The notes: generated by a model from the letters alone, not told the origin. Positions 1-9,916 are shown, numbered from the stretch's first letter. The stretch is DNA of 64,000 nucleotides from Tagaea sp. (GCA_965279525.1 CBDIIB010000004.1:1-64000); one strand, 5' to 3'. A program made the numbers and translations.

Positions 1-1905
1 GCGCAGTCGCCGGAATACACCCGCAAAGTCGCGAACCTCGTGACGCCGGCCGTCGGCGGCCTGCCGACGGGCGTCAACATCGCCTCGATCACGCGCACGG
101 TGAATTCGGCCCTGCAGAACGACCTGCTTGCCCGGACCTCGGATTCCGCGGCGCAGTCGGTCAAGTCGACCTATCTCGACCGCATCGGCACGCTGCTCGA
201 CGTCGACCAGGGCAAGCCCGCGATCACGCAGCAGTTGCAGGCGTTCCAGCAGGCCTGGACGGATTTCGAGGCGAGCCCGGAAAACTCCAACCTGTCGCGC
301 AACATCATCATCCAGGGCCAGCAGCTTGCCATCGCGCTGAACCAGCTCTCGGCCTCGCCCCCGCAGATCGATACCCAGATCCTGACGGACATCGGCGCGA
401 ACCTGACGACGCTCAACGGTCTCGTCACGCAGGCGTACTCGATCAACCAGCAGCTCATCAGCCAGTCCTCGACCGGCCAGCCGATCGGCGACCTGCAGGA
501 CCAGATGGACTCGATCGTCCGCCAGATGGCGAAGATCTCGAAGGTCCAGATCCTCGGTACCGGCACGGCCGCCATCCAGATCATCACGTCGGGCGGCCAG
601 ACGCTGGTCGCCGGCAACGTGCCGCCGTCGTTCTCCTTCAACGCCACCACCAACCAGGTGCAGATCACGATCAACGGCGTGTCGAGCCCGGTCCAGTCGA
701 CGGCATTCCAGTCCGGCCAGCTCGACGCGCTGCTGAAACTGCGCGCGGGCTACGGCGACAACTCGACCTTCTCCCAGACGGTCATGACGTCGGCGGACGC
801 CGCCGACGGCGGCCTGCGCAAATTCACCAACCAGATCGACGCGATCGCCAACCAGGTCGCGTCGGTGGTCAACAACGCCTACAACCGCAGCAATTCGTTC
901 GGCACCGAGCTGGCGGCGAACTTCTTCACCTACTCGACGCTTGCCCTTCCGCCGGCGACGACGGTCGCGACCGCGATCACGAGCGGCACGGCGACCGCAA
1001 GCGCCATCGGCGGCAGCCTGACGGATGGCGGTGCGGCCTTCGCCGCAATGGCGCCGACCGCGGCCCTTTACCATCGCATCACGATCACGGCCGGGCAGGG
1101 CGTCGGCTCGTCGGCGATCATCACCGCCAATACGGCGACGACGATCACGGCGCCGGGCCTGGCCGCGACCGACGCGACCAGCCAGTACTCGATCCAGTCC
1201 GTCACCGGCCCGTTGATGTCGAACGTGACCACGGCCGCGACGACGACGACGCTGGACGACACCACCAACACCTGGGGCGTCAACCAGTTCGCGCCGACCG
1301 CGGCGGGCGTGTCCTATCAGGTCCGTATCCTCTCCGGCGCCGGTGCAGGCCAGATCGGGCGGATCACCGGCAATACGGCAACCCAGCTCACGCTCAACCC
1401 CGCCTTCTCGACCGCACCGGGCGTGGGCAGCGTCTATATCATCGAGCCGGCACTCGGCAACCTGCCGACGGCGGCGTCGATGCTGCAGGTCAACCCGAGC
1501 CTCACCGGCGGCACGACGACGGTCAAGCGCGCTTCGGCGTCCGACGTCAACCAGTCGCTGAGCCTCACGGTCAACGGGTCGTTCGATCCGATCCCGCTGG
1601 CGGCCGCTTCCGCCGCGTCGCTCAACAACACGGGCATCATCGCCGGAACGCTGACGATCGCCAACACGATGGCGTCGGTCGTTTCCTACACGGCCCAGGG
1701 CCTCGCGACGGCGAACAAGAACACCGACGACAGCGAGCGGCTCCGCCACCAGACCGACCAGACCTTCCGCAATGCGGTCGGCGTGTCGGTCGATACGGAA
1801 ATGTCGCAGCTCATCATCATCCAGAACGCGTACCAGGCATCCGCACAGGTGCTGCAGACGGTGCGCGGCATGTTCGACACCCTGATCAACCTGGGAAGGA
1901 ACTAA
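1..1905 (+). CDS. flgK: Flagellar hook-associated protein FlgK (5'-truncated by window edge), with a Thr/Ala-rich insertion
   Basis: Frame is open from base 1 (AQSPEYTRK). It ends with the FlgK C-terminus GVSVDTEMSQLIIIQNAYQASAQVLQTVRGMFDTL and is followed by flgL. Confidence 0.9.
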   Translation, partial: AQSPEYTRKVANLVTPAVGGLPTGVNIASITRTVNSALQNDLLARTSDSAAQSVKSTYLDRIGTLLDVDQGKPAITQQLQAFQQAWTDFEASPENSNLSRNIIIQGQQLAIALNQLSASPPQIDTQILTDIGANLTTLNGLVTQAYSINQQLISQSSTGQPIGDLQDQMDSIVRQMAKISKVQILGTGTAAIQIITSGGQTLVAGNVPPSFSFNATTNQVQITINGVSSPVQSTAFQSGQLDALLKLRAGYGDNSTFSQTVMTSADAADGGLRKFTNQIDAIANQVASVVNNAYNRSNSFGTELAANFFTYSTLALPPATTVATAITSGTATASAIGGSLTDGGAAFAAMAPTAALYHRITITAGQGVGSSAIITANTATTITAPGLAATDATSQYSIQSVTGPLMSNVTTAATTTTLDDTTNTWGVNQFAPTAAGVSYQVRILSGAGAGQIGRITGNTATQLTLNPAFSTAPGVGSVYIIEPALGNLPTAASMLQVNPSLTGGTTTVKRASASDVNQSLSLTVNGSFDPIPLAAASAASLNNTGIIAGTLTIANTMASVVSYTAQGLATANKNTDDSERLRHQTDQTFRNAVGVSVDTEMSQLIIIQNAYQASAQVLQTVRGMFDTLINLGRN

Positions 1906-1908
1906 GCC

Positions 1909-3300
1909 ATGGCCGGTTCCATCACCGCCGTCGCCAACTACGCGCAGCTTCTCGACATCCAGCGCTCGCTGTTCGGCCAGCAGCGCGAGCTCGCCGGTCT
2001 CCAGCAGGAGCTTTCCACCGGCCGTCGCCGCGACGGCCTGGTCGGCATCGCCGCGGTCGGTCTGCAGCAGCAGGGCCTCGCGTCCGACGCGTTCCGCGTC
2101 CAGCAGTACAAGCAGACGTCCGTTCAGTCGTCGATCTACCTGCGGGCGATCGACAGCGCCACGTACCGCACGGACCTCTACTCCAAGGGGCTCGACGGTC
2201 TCAATTCGATCGCGAAGGACATGAAGTCCGAGCTGATCAAGACGAAGAGCCTCGGGCCGCAGGCCTATGCGGCACAGTACGGGCTGGTCAACGGCGCGCT
2301 GAACCGCATCGAATCGATCCTGAGCCAGACCGACGGCCAGCGGAATCTCTTTGCCGGCTCCGCATACGCGACCCGGCCGGTCGTCGGCATCACCAGCCTC
2401 GACGCTTCGCCGCCGAGCGTGCTGCCGGCCTTCTCGCCCTTCACCGGTGCGCCCGGGAACGGCCCGCCGCGCGGCCATTTCGCGGCCAACGCCGCCGGCA
2501 CGACGACGACGGTCGTGACGGCGACGACCTATCCGGCCACGGCCATCGGCCAGAGCATCCGCTTCACCAGCGGCGCCAACCAGGATTTCCTGGCGCAGAT
2601 CACCGGCGTCCTTCCGGCCGGCACGCTGACCTTCTCGCCGGCGGCTCCCGCCGCGACGGCTGCCGCCGACACCTTCGCGGTCCCGTTCATGGCCGTGCAG
2701 ACCAGCGGCGCCCTTCCGGTCACGCTGCAGTTCCGTTCCGACAGCGCCACGGTCGCCACCGACGTGGCGCCGGGCTACATCGCGGCCTCGATCCGCACGA
2801 CGCTGACCACGACGTCCGGCGAATCGATCAACGACAAGCCGGCCGTGTTCATCGACGACCAGTTCAAGCTCGAGTACGGCATCACGGCGGCCGATCCGGC
2901 CATCCAGAACCTGATCAATGGCCTGCGCAACTACAAGCTGGCGCTCGGCCAGGCGATCAATTTCAACGCCGCGATCGTGCCGCCGGCCGTGCAGCAGGAC
3001 ATCGGCCGCATCTCGGCGTCGATCCCGTATCTCGACCAGGCCGAGGCGCAGATCAACAAGGCGCTGCTCGACGTCGCGGCGCTGGAAGGCGTCAACGGCG
3101 GCCGGCAGAGCCAGCTCATCCAGATCCGCAACAAGCATCTCGACGTGATCAACATCTCGGATGTCGGCGCCACCAAGATCGAGTCCGTCGACATGGGCGA
3201 GGTGTCCACCCGCATCAAGGGCATCCAGACCTCGCTCGAAGCGAGCTACATCACCACGCGGCAGATCCTCGACCTGTCGTTCGTCAAATACATGCGCTGA
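1909..3300 (+). CDS. flgL: Flagellar hook-associated protein FlgL (flagellin-like)
   Basis: N-terminal LQQELSTGRR, the DGQRNLFAGS motif, and C-terminal IESVDMGEVSTRIKGIQTSLEASY..LSFVKYM; directly after flgK. Confidence 0.85.
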   Translation: MAGSITAVANYAQLLDIQRSLFGQQRELAGLQQELSTGRRRDGLVGIAAVGLQQQGLASDAFRVQQYKQTSVQSSIYLRAIDSATYRTDLYSKGLDGLNSIAKDMKSELIKTKSLGPQAYAAQYGLVNGALNRIESILSQTDGQRNLFAGSAYATRPVVGITSLDASPPSVLPAFSPFTGAPGNGPPRGHFAANAAGTTTTVVTATTYPATAIGQSIRFTSGANQDFLAQITGVLPAGTLTFSPAAPAATAAADTFAVPFMAVQTSGALPVTLQFRSDSATVATDVAPGYIAASIRTTLTTTSGESINDKPAVFIDDQFKLEYGITAADPAIQNLINGLRNYKLALGQAINFNAAIVPPAVQQDIGRISASIPYLDQAEAQINKALLDVAALEGVNGGRQSQLIQIRNKHLDVINISDVGATKIESVDMGEVSTRIKGIQTSLEASYITTRQILDLSFVKYMR

Positions 3301-3309
3301 TCAGGCAAG

Positions 3310-3345
3310 GGCGCCGAACCGCGATGGTTCGGCGCCTTTATTTTT
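3310..3345 (+). terminator. Rho-independent terminator after flgL
   Basis: ggcgccgaacc-gcgat-ggttcggcgcc followed by tttattttt. Confidence 0.8.
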
Positions 3346-3524
3346 GCTCTCGAATACAACTAAAAAGAGCATACTAACTACACACTGAACACATGAGGGC
3401 GCTGAGCAAGGACAAGGACGAGGCTCAAAACTGTACCCGAAAATACAACTGTAAGTATAAACTACACACACTGAACAAGAATGTTCAGACCCGGAAAACC
3501 TAGAAAACAAGGAGCACCGAAGCC

Positions 3525-4976
3525 ATGACGACCGTAGCAATGACCTCCGCTGTCAGCGGCCTGAATTCGTTCCAGACCGCGATCAACTACATCTCCGACA
3601 ACGTCGCCAATTCCCAGACCGCCGGGTTCAAGCGCACGGACTCGAACTTCTCGAGCTATGTCTCGACGTCCTCGTCGCGCTTCTTCAGCCCCGGCGGCGT
3701 GACTGCGCGTCCCACGTTCATCAACGACCTGCAAGGCCCGATCGTGCAGGACTCCTCGCCGACCTCGATCGCGATCACGGGTGCCGGCTGGTTCCCGGTC
3801 CAGGAAGGCTCGTCGACGGTCGGTGGCCTTACCGGCAACAGCGTGACGCAGTTCACGCGCCGCGGCGATTTCACGCTCGACAAGAACAGCTTCCTCGTCA
3901 ACGGTGCCGGCAAGTTCCTGTTCGCGCGCTCGGTGCCGCGTCCCACGATTGCGGTGCCCAACCCGACGCCCAACCAGGGGCCGCTCTCTGCCGTCCAGAT
4001 CAACCAGAGCCAGCTGCCGGCGCTGCCGACGTCGAGGACGATCTATGCGGCGAACATTCCGGCAAATGCCGCGCCCGCGACGGTCTACAACGGCGGCACG
4101 ATCACGATCACGGATGCCAACGGCGCTGCCCGTCCGGCCTCGGTGACCTGGTACAACCGCACGACGACCGGCGGCGTACTGCCGGGTGTGGCGGCCAGCG
4201 CCACGACCGGTACCGCGGCCGTCGCGGCCTCGGCCGCCGCCACGGTCCCGCAGTGGCGCGCCGTCATCACGATCCCGACCAGTTCGGCCAACGGCCCCGA
4301 AAGCATCGTCGTCGACTTCAGCTTCGGCACGACGGTCGGCGTCAATGCGGGCCTGCTGACGGGCATGACGGTCGCCGGTGCGACGAACGCGGCCACGTTC
4401 GACGCGGCCAATACCGCGCCCGTATCCGGCCGGCTGGTGATGAGCTACAGCGCCCCCGGCCTTGCCGCGGCCCCGCCGCAGACGATCAACGCGGAGTTCG
4501 GCACGCCCAACCCGTCGAACACGACGGTCGCCTCGACGCTGTCCACCGCCGGCGGCACGTCGCAGTTCGGCGGCACGTCGATCTCGATCTCGACGGTCTC
4601 TGCCGATGGCTATGCCGCGGGCATCTTCAACGGCACCGGCATCGACACGGCCGGCAACATCTTCACGACCTACTCGAACGGCCAGCGCCTGATCCAGTAC
4701 CAGATCGCGCTCGGCACGTTCAACAACCCCAGGGGCCTGGTGCGCCAGAACGGCGAGGCGTTCCTCGACGATCCGTCCGCCGGCTTCATCGGCCTCAACG
4801 TGTCCCAGCAGGGCGGAGCGGGCAGTATCAACCCGAACAGCATCGAGAACTCGAACGTCGACATCGGCGCCGAGTTCACGAAGATGATCGTGGCCCAGCG
4901 CTCCTACTCGGCCAACGCCCGCATGATCACGACGTCGGACGAGATGCTGCAGGAGATCGTCAACCTGAAGCGCTGA
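3525..4976 (+). CDS. flgE: Flagellar hook protein FlgE, copy 1
   Basis: ISDNVANSQTAGFKR, TRRGDF, and C-terminal ENSNVDIGAEFTKMIVAQRSYSANARMITTSDEMLQE; RBS aaggag. Confidence 0.93.
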   Translation: MTTVAMTSAVSGLNSFQTAINYISDNVANSQTAGFKRTDSNFSSYVSTSSSRFFSPGGVTARPTFINDLQGPIVQDSSPTSIAITGAGWFPVQEGSSTVGGLTGNSVTQFTRRGDFTLDKNSFLVNGAGKFLFARSVPRPTIAVPNPTPNQGPLSAVQINQSQLPALPTSRTIYAANIPANAAPATVYNGGTITITDANGAARPASVTWYNRTTTGGVLPGVAASATTGTAAVAASAAATVPQWRAVITIPTSSANGPESIVVDFSFGTTVGVNAGLLTGMTVAGATNAATFDAANTAPVSGRLVMSYSAPGLAAAPPQTINAEFGTPNPSNTTVASTLSTAGGTSQFGGTSISISTVSADGYAAGIFNGTGIDTAGNIFTTYSNGQRLIQYQIALGTFNNPRGLVRQNGEAFLDDPSAGFIGLNVSQQGGAGSINPNSIENSNVDIGAEFTKMIVAQRSYSANARMITTSDEMLQEIVNLKR

Positions 4977-5009
4977 CCGTCGACGAACCTTCGGCTCCGC
5001 AAACTAGGG

Positions 5010-5045
5010 GGGCCGGCGGCGCGAAAGCGCCGCCGGCCCTTTTTT
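5010..5045 (+). terminator. Rho-independent terminator after flgE1
   Basis: gggccggcggcgc-gaaa-gcgccgccggccc plus T-run. Confidence 0.85.
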
Positions 5046-5065
5046 CATTCCGCCGCCGGCCGGCA

Positions 5066-5209
5066 AAGCAGCTTCTGCCGGGGAGGGGCATTTGCTGCCG
5101 GTTTGACCGCGAACATTTTGCCTAGCGACATGGTTTATTTTTATTAACGATTTCTAGTCGATTGTATTCATGTGTATTTTTTGAACATTCGTCTGGCATC
5201 GACGTTGCT
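5066..5209 (+). promoter_or_regulatory. Sigma-54 promoter of flgE2 with upstream FlbD (ftr)-like sites
   Basis: TGGCATCGACGTTGCT at 5194-5209 fits TGGCAC-N5-TTGCW. ftr-like sequences lie on the minus strand at about 5066-5102 (CCCGGCAGAAGC, CCGGCAGCAAATGCC), with an AT-rich spacer between. Confidence 0.65.
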
Positions 5210-5290
5210 CTTCTATGAGCTATCCGCCGAAAGGCATCCATTTCCACGTGACGAATTTCAATCAACGAGAATAGAAGGAGTCGGACACAC

Positions 5291-6739
5291 ATGGCTACCG
5301 TAGCAATGAACTCCGCGATCAGCGGCCTGAACTCGTTCCAGACCGCGATCAACTATATTTCAGACAACGTCGCCAACTCGCAGACCGCCGGGTTCAAGCG
5401 CATCGACGCGAACTTCTCGAGCTTCGTCTCGACGTCGTCGCAGCGCTTCTTCAACCCGGGCGGCGTGACCGCGCGCCCGACGTTCGTCAACGACCTGCAG
5501 GGCACCATCATCCAGAACGCCTCGCCGACCGCCATCGCGATCGCGGGTGCGGGCTGGCTGCCCGTCCAGGACGGCACGACCACGGCCGGCGGCTTCACCG
5601 GCAACAACGTGACCCAGTATTCGCGCCGCGGCGACTTCTCGCTCGACCAGAACAGCTTCATGGTCAACGGGGCCGGCAAGTTCCTGTTCGCCCGCTCGGT
5701 GCCGCGTCCCACGACCGCGGTGCCCAACCCGACGCCCAACCAGGGCCCGCTGGTCGCCGTGCAGATCAACCAGAGCCAGCTGCCGGCACTCGCCACGACG
5801 ATCGCGCAATATGCCGCGAACCTGCCGGCGAACGCTTCGCCCGGCACCACCTACAACGGCGGCACGATCACGGTGACCGACGCCAACGGCGCATCGCGTC
5901 CGTTCTCGGTCACCTGGTACAACCGCACCACCGCCGGCGGCGTGCTGCCGGCAGTGGCGGCGAGCGCCACGGTCGGTACGGCCGGCGTCGCGGCTTCGGC
6001 CGCTGCCACGGTCCCGCAATGGCGCGCCGTGATCACGGCACCGACCAGCTCGGCGAACGGACCGGAGAGCCTCGTGGTCGACTACACGTTCGGCATCACG
6101 GTCGGCACCAACGCCGGCCTGCTCACCGGCATCACGGTCGCCGGCACGACCAACGCCGCGACCCTCTCGGCGGTGAACAGCGGCACCGACGGCCGGCTGG
6201 TGATGAGCTACAGCGCCCCCGGGCTTGCCGCGGCACCCGTGCAGACGGTCAATGCCGAGTTCGGCACGCCCAACACCACGAGCCCGACCACGGCTTCGAC
6301 CCTCGGCACGCCGGGCGGCACGTCGCAGTTCGGCGGCACGTCGATCTCGATCTCGACCATCTCGGCGAACGGCTACTCGGCCGGTACCTACAACGGCACG
6401 GGCATCGACACGTCGGGGAACATCTACACGACGTATACGAACGGCCAGCGCCTGATCCAGTACCAGATCGCGCTCGGCACGTTCAACAACCCGAAGGGCC
6501 TGGTGCGCCAGAACGGCGAGGCGTTCCTCGACGATCCGGCGGCCGGCTTCATCGGCCTCAACGCGTCCCAGCAGGGCGGTGCCGGCGGCATCAACCCGAA
6601 CAGCCTCGAGAACTCGAACGTCGACATCGGCTCCGAGTTCACGAAGATGATCGTGGCCCAGCGCTCCTACTCGGCCAACGCCCGCATGATCACGACTGCC
6701 GACGAGATGCTGCAAGAGGTCGTCAACCTCAAGCGCTGA
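5291..6739 (+). CDS. flgE: Flagellar hook protein FlgE, copy 2
   Basis: Close paralogue of 3525-4976 with the same terminal motifs; RBS gaaggag. Confidence 0.93.
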   Translation: MATVAMNSAISGLNSFQTAINYISDNVANSQTAGFKRIDANFSSFVSTSSQRFFNPGGVTARPTFVNDLQGTIIQNASPTAIAIAGAGWLPVQDGTTTAGGFTGNNVTQYSRRGDFSLDQNSFMVNGAGKFLFARSVPRPTTAVPNPTPNQGPLVAVQINQSQLPALATTIAQYAANLPANASPGTTYNGGTITVTDANGASRPFSVTWYNRTTAGGVLPAVAASATVGTAGVAASAAATVPQWRAVITAPTSSANGPESLVVDYTFGITVGTNAGLLTGITVAGTTNAATLSAVNSGTDGRLVMSYSAPGLAAAPVQTVNAEFGTPNTTSPTTASTLGTPGGTSQFGGTSISISTISANGYSAGTYNGTGIDTSGNIYTTYTNGQRLIQYQIALGTFNNPKGLVRQNGEAFLDDPAAGFIGLNASQQGGAGGINPNSLENSNVDIGSEFTKMIVAQRSYSANARMITTADEMLQEVVNLKR

Positions 6740-6772
6740 TCATCGACGACAGTCCGGCTCCGCAAACTCGTG

Positions 6773-6807
6773 GGCCGGCGGCGCGAAAGCGCCGCCGGCC
6801 TTTTTTT
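6773..6807 (+). terminator. Rho-independent terminator after flgE2 (near copy of the flgE1 terminator)
   Basis: ggccggcggcgc-gaaa-gcgccgccggcc plus T7. Confidence 0.85.
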
Positions 6808-6808
6808 G

Positions 6809-7561
6809 TCAGGCGTGGCGCCGGTAGTGGTAGGCGTAGACATCGGAAAATCCGAGCTTCGCATAGAGCGCGCGTGCCGGCACGTTGTCGGCCACGACCT
6901 GCAGATAGGCGCGCGCGGCACCTTGCGCACGCGCCCAGGCCGACAGCGCGCCGATGATCCGCGCCGCATGGCCAGCACGCCTCGCCGTCGCCACGGTCAG
7001 CATCTCGAATATCCCGAGATCGCCGGCCTCGAGGACGCCCATGCCGAAGGCGCAAGGAACGCCGTTCGCGCCGTCGATCCGGGCGAACGCCGCCGCCGGC
7101 ACGATCCGGCCAAGCATCTCGCCGAGTATCGCTGCATTTTCCGGCTGCGCGCCGGTTGCCTTCGTGAACGCGTCGAACCAGTGCGGCCGCGGGTCTTCCG
7201 CGATCGCCACGCCGGCCGCCGGTGCAGCCGGATCGCCCAGCGTCGCCTGCATCACGATCGTCGGATCGACGAACGCATAGCCGCGCGCGGCCAGCGCCGC
7301 GTCGAGCCCGGGTTCGGCCAGCGGCGTTACCCGGAATGTCGGCGGCAGGCCGTGGCGGCGGTACAGCGCTTCGGCATGCGCGATGCGCGCGTCGAGCGGC
7401 TCGCGGCACGGCCACACCGCGTTGACCGAGTTGGCACGCTTGGTATGGCCGCGCGCGAACCGCAGGATCCAGCCGTCATGCACGAGCGTCTGCAGGGCAG
7501 GCCAGGCATTGAAGGCGCGGCATTCCAGGGTGCGGATCGTGTCGGGCGACGTTTCTTCCAT
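6809..7561 (-). CDS. GNAT-family N-acetyltransferase
   Basis: GWILRFARGHTKRANSV at the N-terminus; acetyl-CoA motif ARRAGHA and AYLQVVADNVPARALYAKLGF. Confidence 0.85.
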   Translation of the reverse strand: MEETSPDTIRTLECRAFNAWPALQTLVHDGWILRFARGHTKRANSVNAVWPCREPLDARIAHAEALYRRHGLPPTFRVTPLAEPGLDAALAARGYAFVDPTIVMQATLGDPAAPAAGVAIAEDPRPHWFDAFTKATGAQPENAAILGEMLGRIVPAAAFARIDGANGVPCAFGMGVLEAGDLGIFEMLTVATARRAGHAARIIGALSAWARAQGAARAYLQVVADNVPARALYAKLGFSDVYAYHYRRHA

Positions 7562-7602
7562 TCCGAATTCCCCAAGGCGCGTTACACTCGGCGCTTCACG
7601 CC

Positions 7603-9258
7603 ATGTCTAGCGCCTCGACCGATTCAACCGCAATGCTTGCCGCCGCCAACCGTGCCGCCATCGCCGGGCAATCGGCCGAGGCGATCGGACTCTATCGCGC
7701 GCTGGTGGCGCAGGAAGGCGCACCGCTGGCGGCGCACGTCAATCTTGCGGCGACATTGCTTGCCGTGCGCGAACTCGACGCCGCCGCACAGGCGGCACAG
7801 GCCGCGATCGCGGCATTCCCGGCATCGGCGGACGCCCATTCCGTCCTGGGCGAGGTCGCACTCGCGGCCGGATTGCCGGTGCGTGCCGCGGCCGCGTTCG
7901 AACGGGCCTTGGGTGCCGCACCGCCGACGCCGGGCCGGCTCAACAATCTGGCGCTGGCGCTGCAAGGGCAGGGGCGCATCGCGGAGGCGCTCGCGGCCCT
8001 GGAAAAGGCCTGTGCGCTGGCACCGGCGGATACCGGGCTCGCCTCCAATGCGCTGATGTGCGCGCAGTACGATCCTCCCGACACGCGCGCCATGCGGTGG
8101 CCGGGAGCGCTGGGCGTCGCGCGCCCGCCCGTGCGCGATGCCGATCCGGGCCGGCGGCTGCGCGTGGGCTACGTGTCGCCGGATTTCTGCAGCCATTCGT
8201 GCAGCTATTTCCTTGTCCCGCCGATTGCCGCGCACGACCGCAATGCCGTCGACATCTTCGCTTACAGCGACGTGGCGGTTCCCGACGGCGTGACGGCGGC
8301 GTTCCGCGGCCTCGTCGCCAACTGGCGGGACACGGCGGGGCTGGACGATGCGGCTTTCGCCGCGCGCGTGAAGGCCGACGGGATCGACATCCTCGTCGAC
8401 TGCGCCGGCCACACGAAGGGCAACCGGCTCGCGGCGTTCGCGCACCGGCCAGCACCCGTCCAGGTGACGTGGCTGGGATATCCCGACACGACGGGGCTCG
8501 ACGCGTTCGACGCGCGCATCGTCGACGCGCTGAGCGATCCGCCGGGGCCGGCCGACGGGCGGGCAAGCGAGCCGCTCGCCCGCATCGCCGGCGGGTTTCT
8601 CGCCTACATGCCGCCGCCCTTCGCACCACCGGTGGCGCCGCTGCCCTTGGCTGCGCGCGGCACGCCCACGTTCGGATCGTTCAACAACTTGCCCAAGGTG
8701 ACGGCGCGCACGCTCGACCTGTGGGCGGCCGCCCTGCGCGCCGTGCCAGCGTCCCGGATGGTCGTGAAGGCGCGCGGTCTCGACGAGCCGGAACTGCGTG
8801 CGCGTCTGCTCGACGGGTTCGCGTCGCGCGGCGTTGCGGCCAGCCGGATCGAGCCAGTCGGTTTTGTCGGCGCGATCCAGGACCATATCGCGCGCTACGC
8901 CGAGATCGACGTGGCGCTCGACACCACGCCTTACAACGGCACCACGACGACCTGCGAGGCGCTATGGATGGGCGTTCCGGTCGTGACGCTGGAAGGCGAC
9001 CGGCATGCCGCGCGCGTCGGCGCGTCGCTGCTCGGACATCTTGGTGCCGGTGCCTGGGTTGTGCGCGATCCCGGGGCCTTCGCGGCGGTCGCGGCCGGGC
9101 TCGTCGCCGACGCGGCCCGGCTTGCCGCGATCCGCTCGGGCCTGCGCGCGCGCATGGCCGGCTCGGCGCTGTGCGACGGCATACGTCTGGCGCGCGGCCT
9201 GGAAGCGCTTTATCGCCGGCTGTGGCAGCGGGTTGTATCTCCGCCCGCGATGGTATAA
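7603..9258 (+). CDS. TPR + GT41 (OGT/SPINDLY-like) glycosyltransferase
   Basis: N-terminal TPRs, then LRVGYVSPDF, DILVDCAGHT, PAPVQVTWLGYPDTTG, FGSFNNLPK and DTTPYNGTTTTCEALWMGVPVV. Confidence 0.88.
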   Translation: MSSASTDSTAMLAAANRAAIAGQSAEAIGLYRALVAQEGAPLAAHVNLAATLLAVRELDAAAQAAQAAIAAFPASADAHSVLGEVALAAGLPVRAAAAFERALGAAPPTPGRLNNLALALQGQGRIAEALAALEKACALAPADTGLASNALMCAQYDPPDTRAMRWPGALGVARPPVRDADPGRRLRVGYVSPDFCSHSCSYFLVPPIAAHDRNAVDIFAYSDVAVPDGVTAAFRGLVANWRDTAGLDDAAFAARVKADGIDILVDCAGHTKGNRLAAFAHRPAPVQVTWLGYPDTTGLDAFDARIVDALSDPPGPADGRASEPLARIAGGFLAYMPPPFAPPVAPLPLAARGTPTFGSFNNLPKVTARTLDLWAAALRAVPASRMVVKARGLDEPELRARLLDGFASRGVAASRIEPVGFVGAIQDHIARYAEIDVALDTTPYNGTTTTCEALWMGVPVVTLEGDRHAARVGASLLGHLGAGAWVVRDPGAFAAVAAGLVADAARLAAIRSGLRARMAGSALCDGIRLARGLEALYRRLWQRVVSPPAMV

Positions 9259-9300
9259 TCGACCCACTCCGGCTTTCGTCCCGCTCTTCAAGGATCCTCG

Positions 9301-9780
9301 ATGCCTCTCGTCCTGCGACTGAATCCCGGCGAAAAGATCATCATCAACGGGGTGGTGATCGAGAACACGGGCGGGCTCGCCATGCTCGCCATCCGCAATC
9401 GCGGCAACATCTTGCGGCAGAAGGATATTCTCCAGCTCGACGAAGCCGCCACGCCGGCGATGCGCGTCTATTACACGCTGCAATGCGTCTATCTGTTCCC
9501 GGACGAGGCCAAGGTCTATTCGGACGCGTTGCGACAGTTCCTGACCGACTTCGAACTGGCCGCTCCCACGTCCAAAGCCCTGATTGACGCGCTGCGCGCC
9601 CGGCTCGACAAGGGCGAGCTCTATCCGGGCCTCAAGGATGCGAAGCGACTTATCAAGTTCGAGTGGGATCTCCTTGGAACGACAACAGAAAGAGCGCGCC
9701 AGCTTCTGCTGGGGAGCGACGGTCCCAAGAAGCGCTCCAAGGCCGGCGAGCAGATCCCGGAAGACAGCGAAGTCGATTGA
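9301..9780 (+). CDS. flbT: Flagellar biosynthesis regulator FlbT
   Basis: LVLRLNPGEKIIINGVVIEN...ILRQKDIL...ATPAMRVYYTLQ..YL. Confidence 0.88.
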   Translation: MPLVLRLNPGEKIIINGVVIENTGGLAMLAIRNRGNILRQKDILQLDEAATPAMRVYYTLQCVYLFPDEAKVYSDALRQFLTDFELAAPTSKALIDALRARLDKGELYPGLKDAKRLIKFEWDLLGTTTERARQLLLGSDGPKKRSKAGEQIPEDSEVD

Positions 9781-9916
9781 TTCGACGGCATTAATATAAT
9801 TTTAGATATTTTAAACGATAATTTTTCTAAGTTTACATAGATCACCTTGTCCGGCCGGCCGTTGCGTGCCATAGTGCAGGTCTTGCAATGCCGAGAACGG
9901 CATGAAGGAGAGTGTC

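Noticed and set aside
9785-9840. AT-rich tract with a CtrA-like TTAA-N7-TTAG before the DUF1217-like gene
   Set aside because: An imperfect match in very AT-rich DNA is too likely by chance to call.
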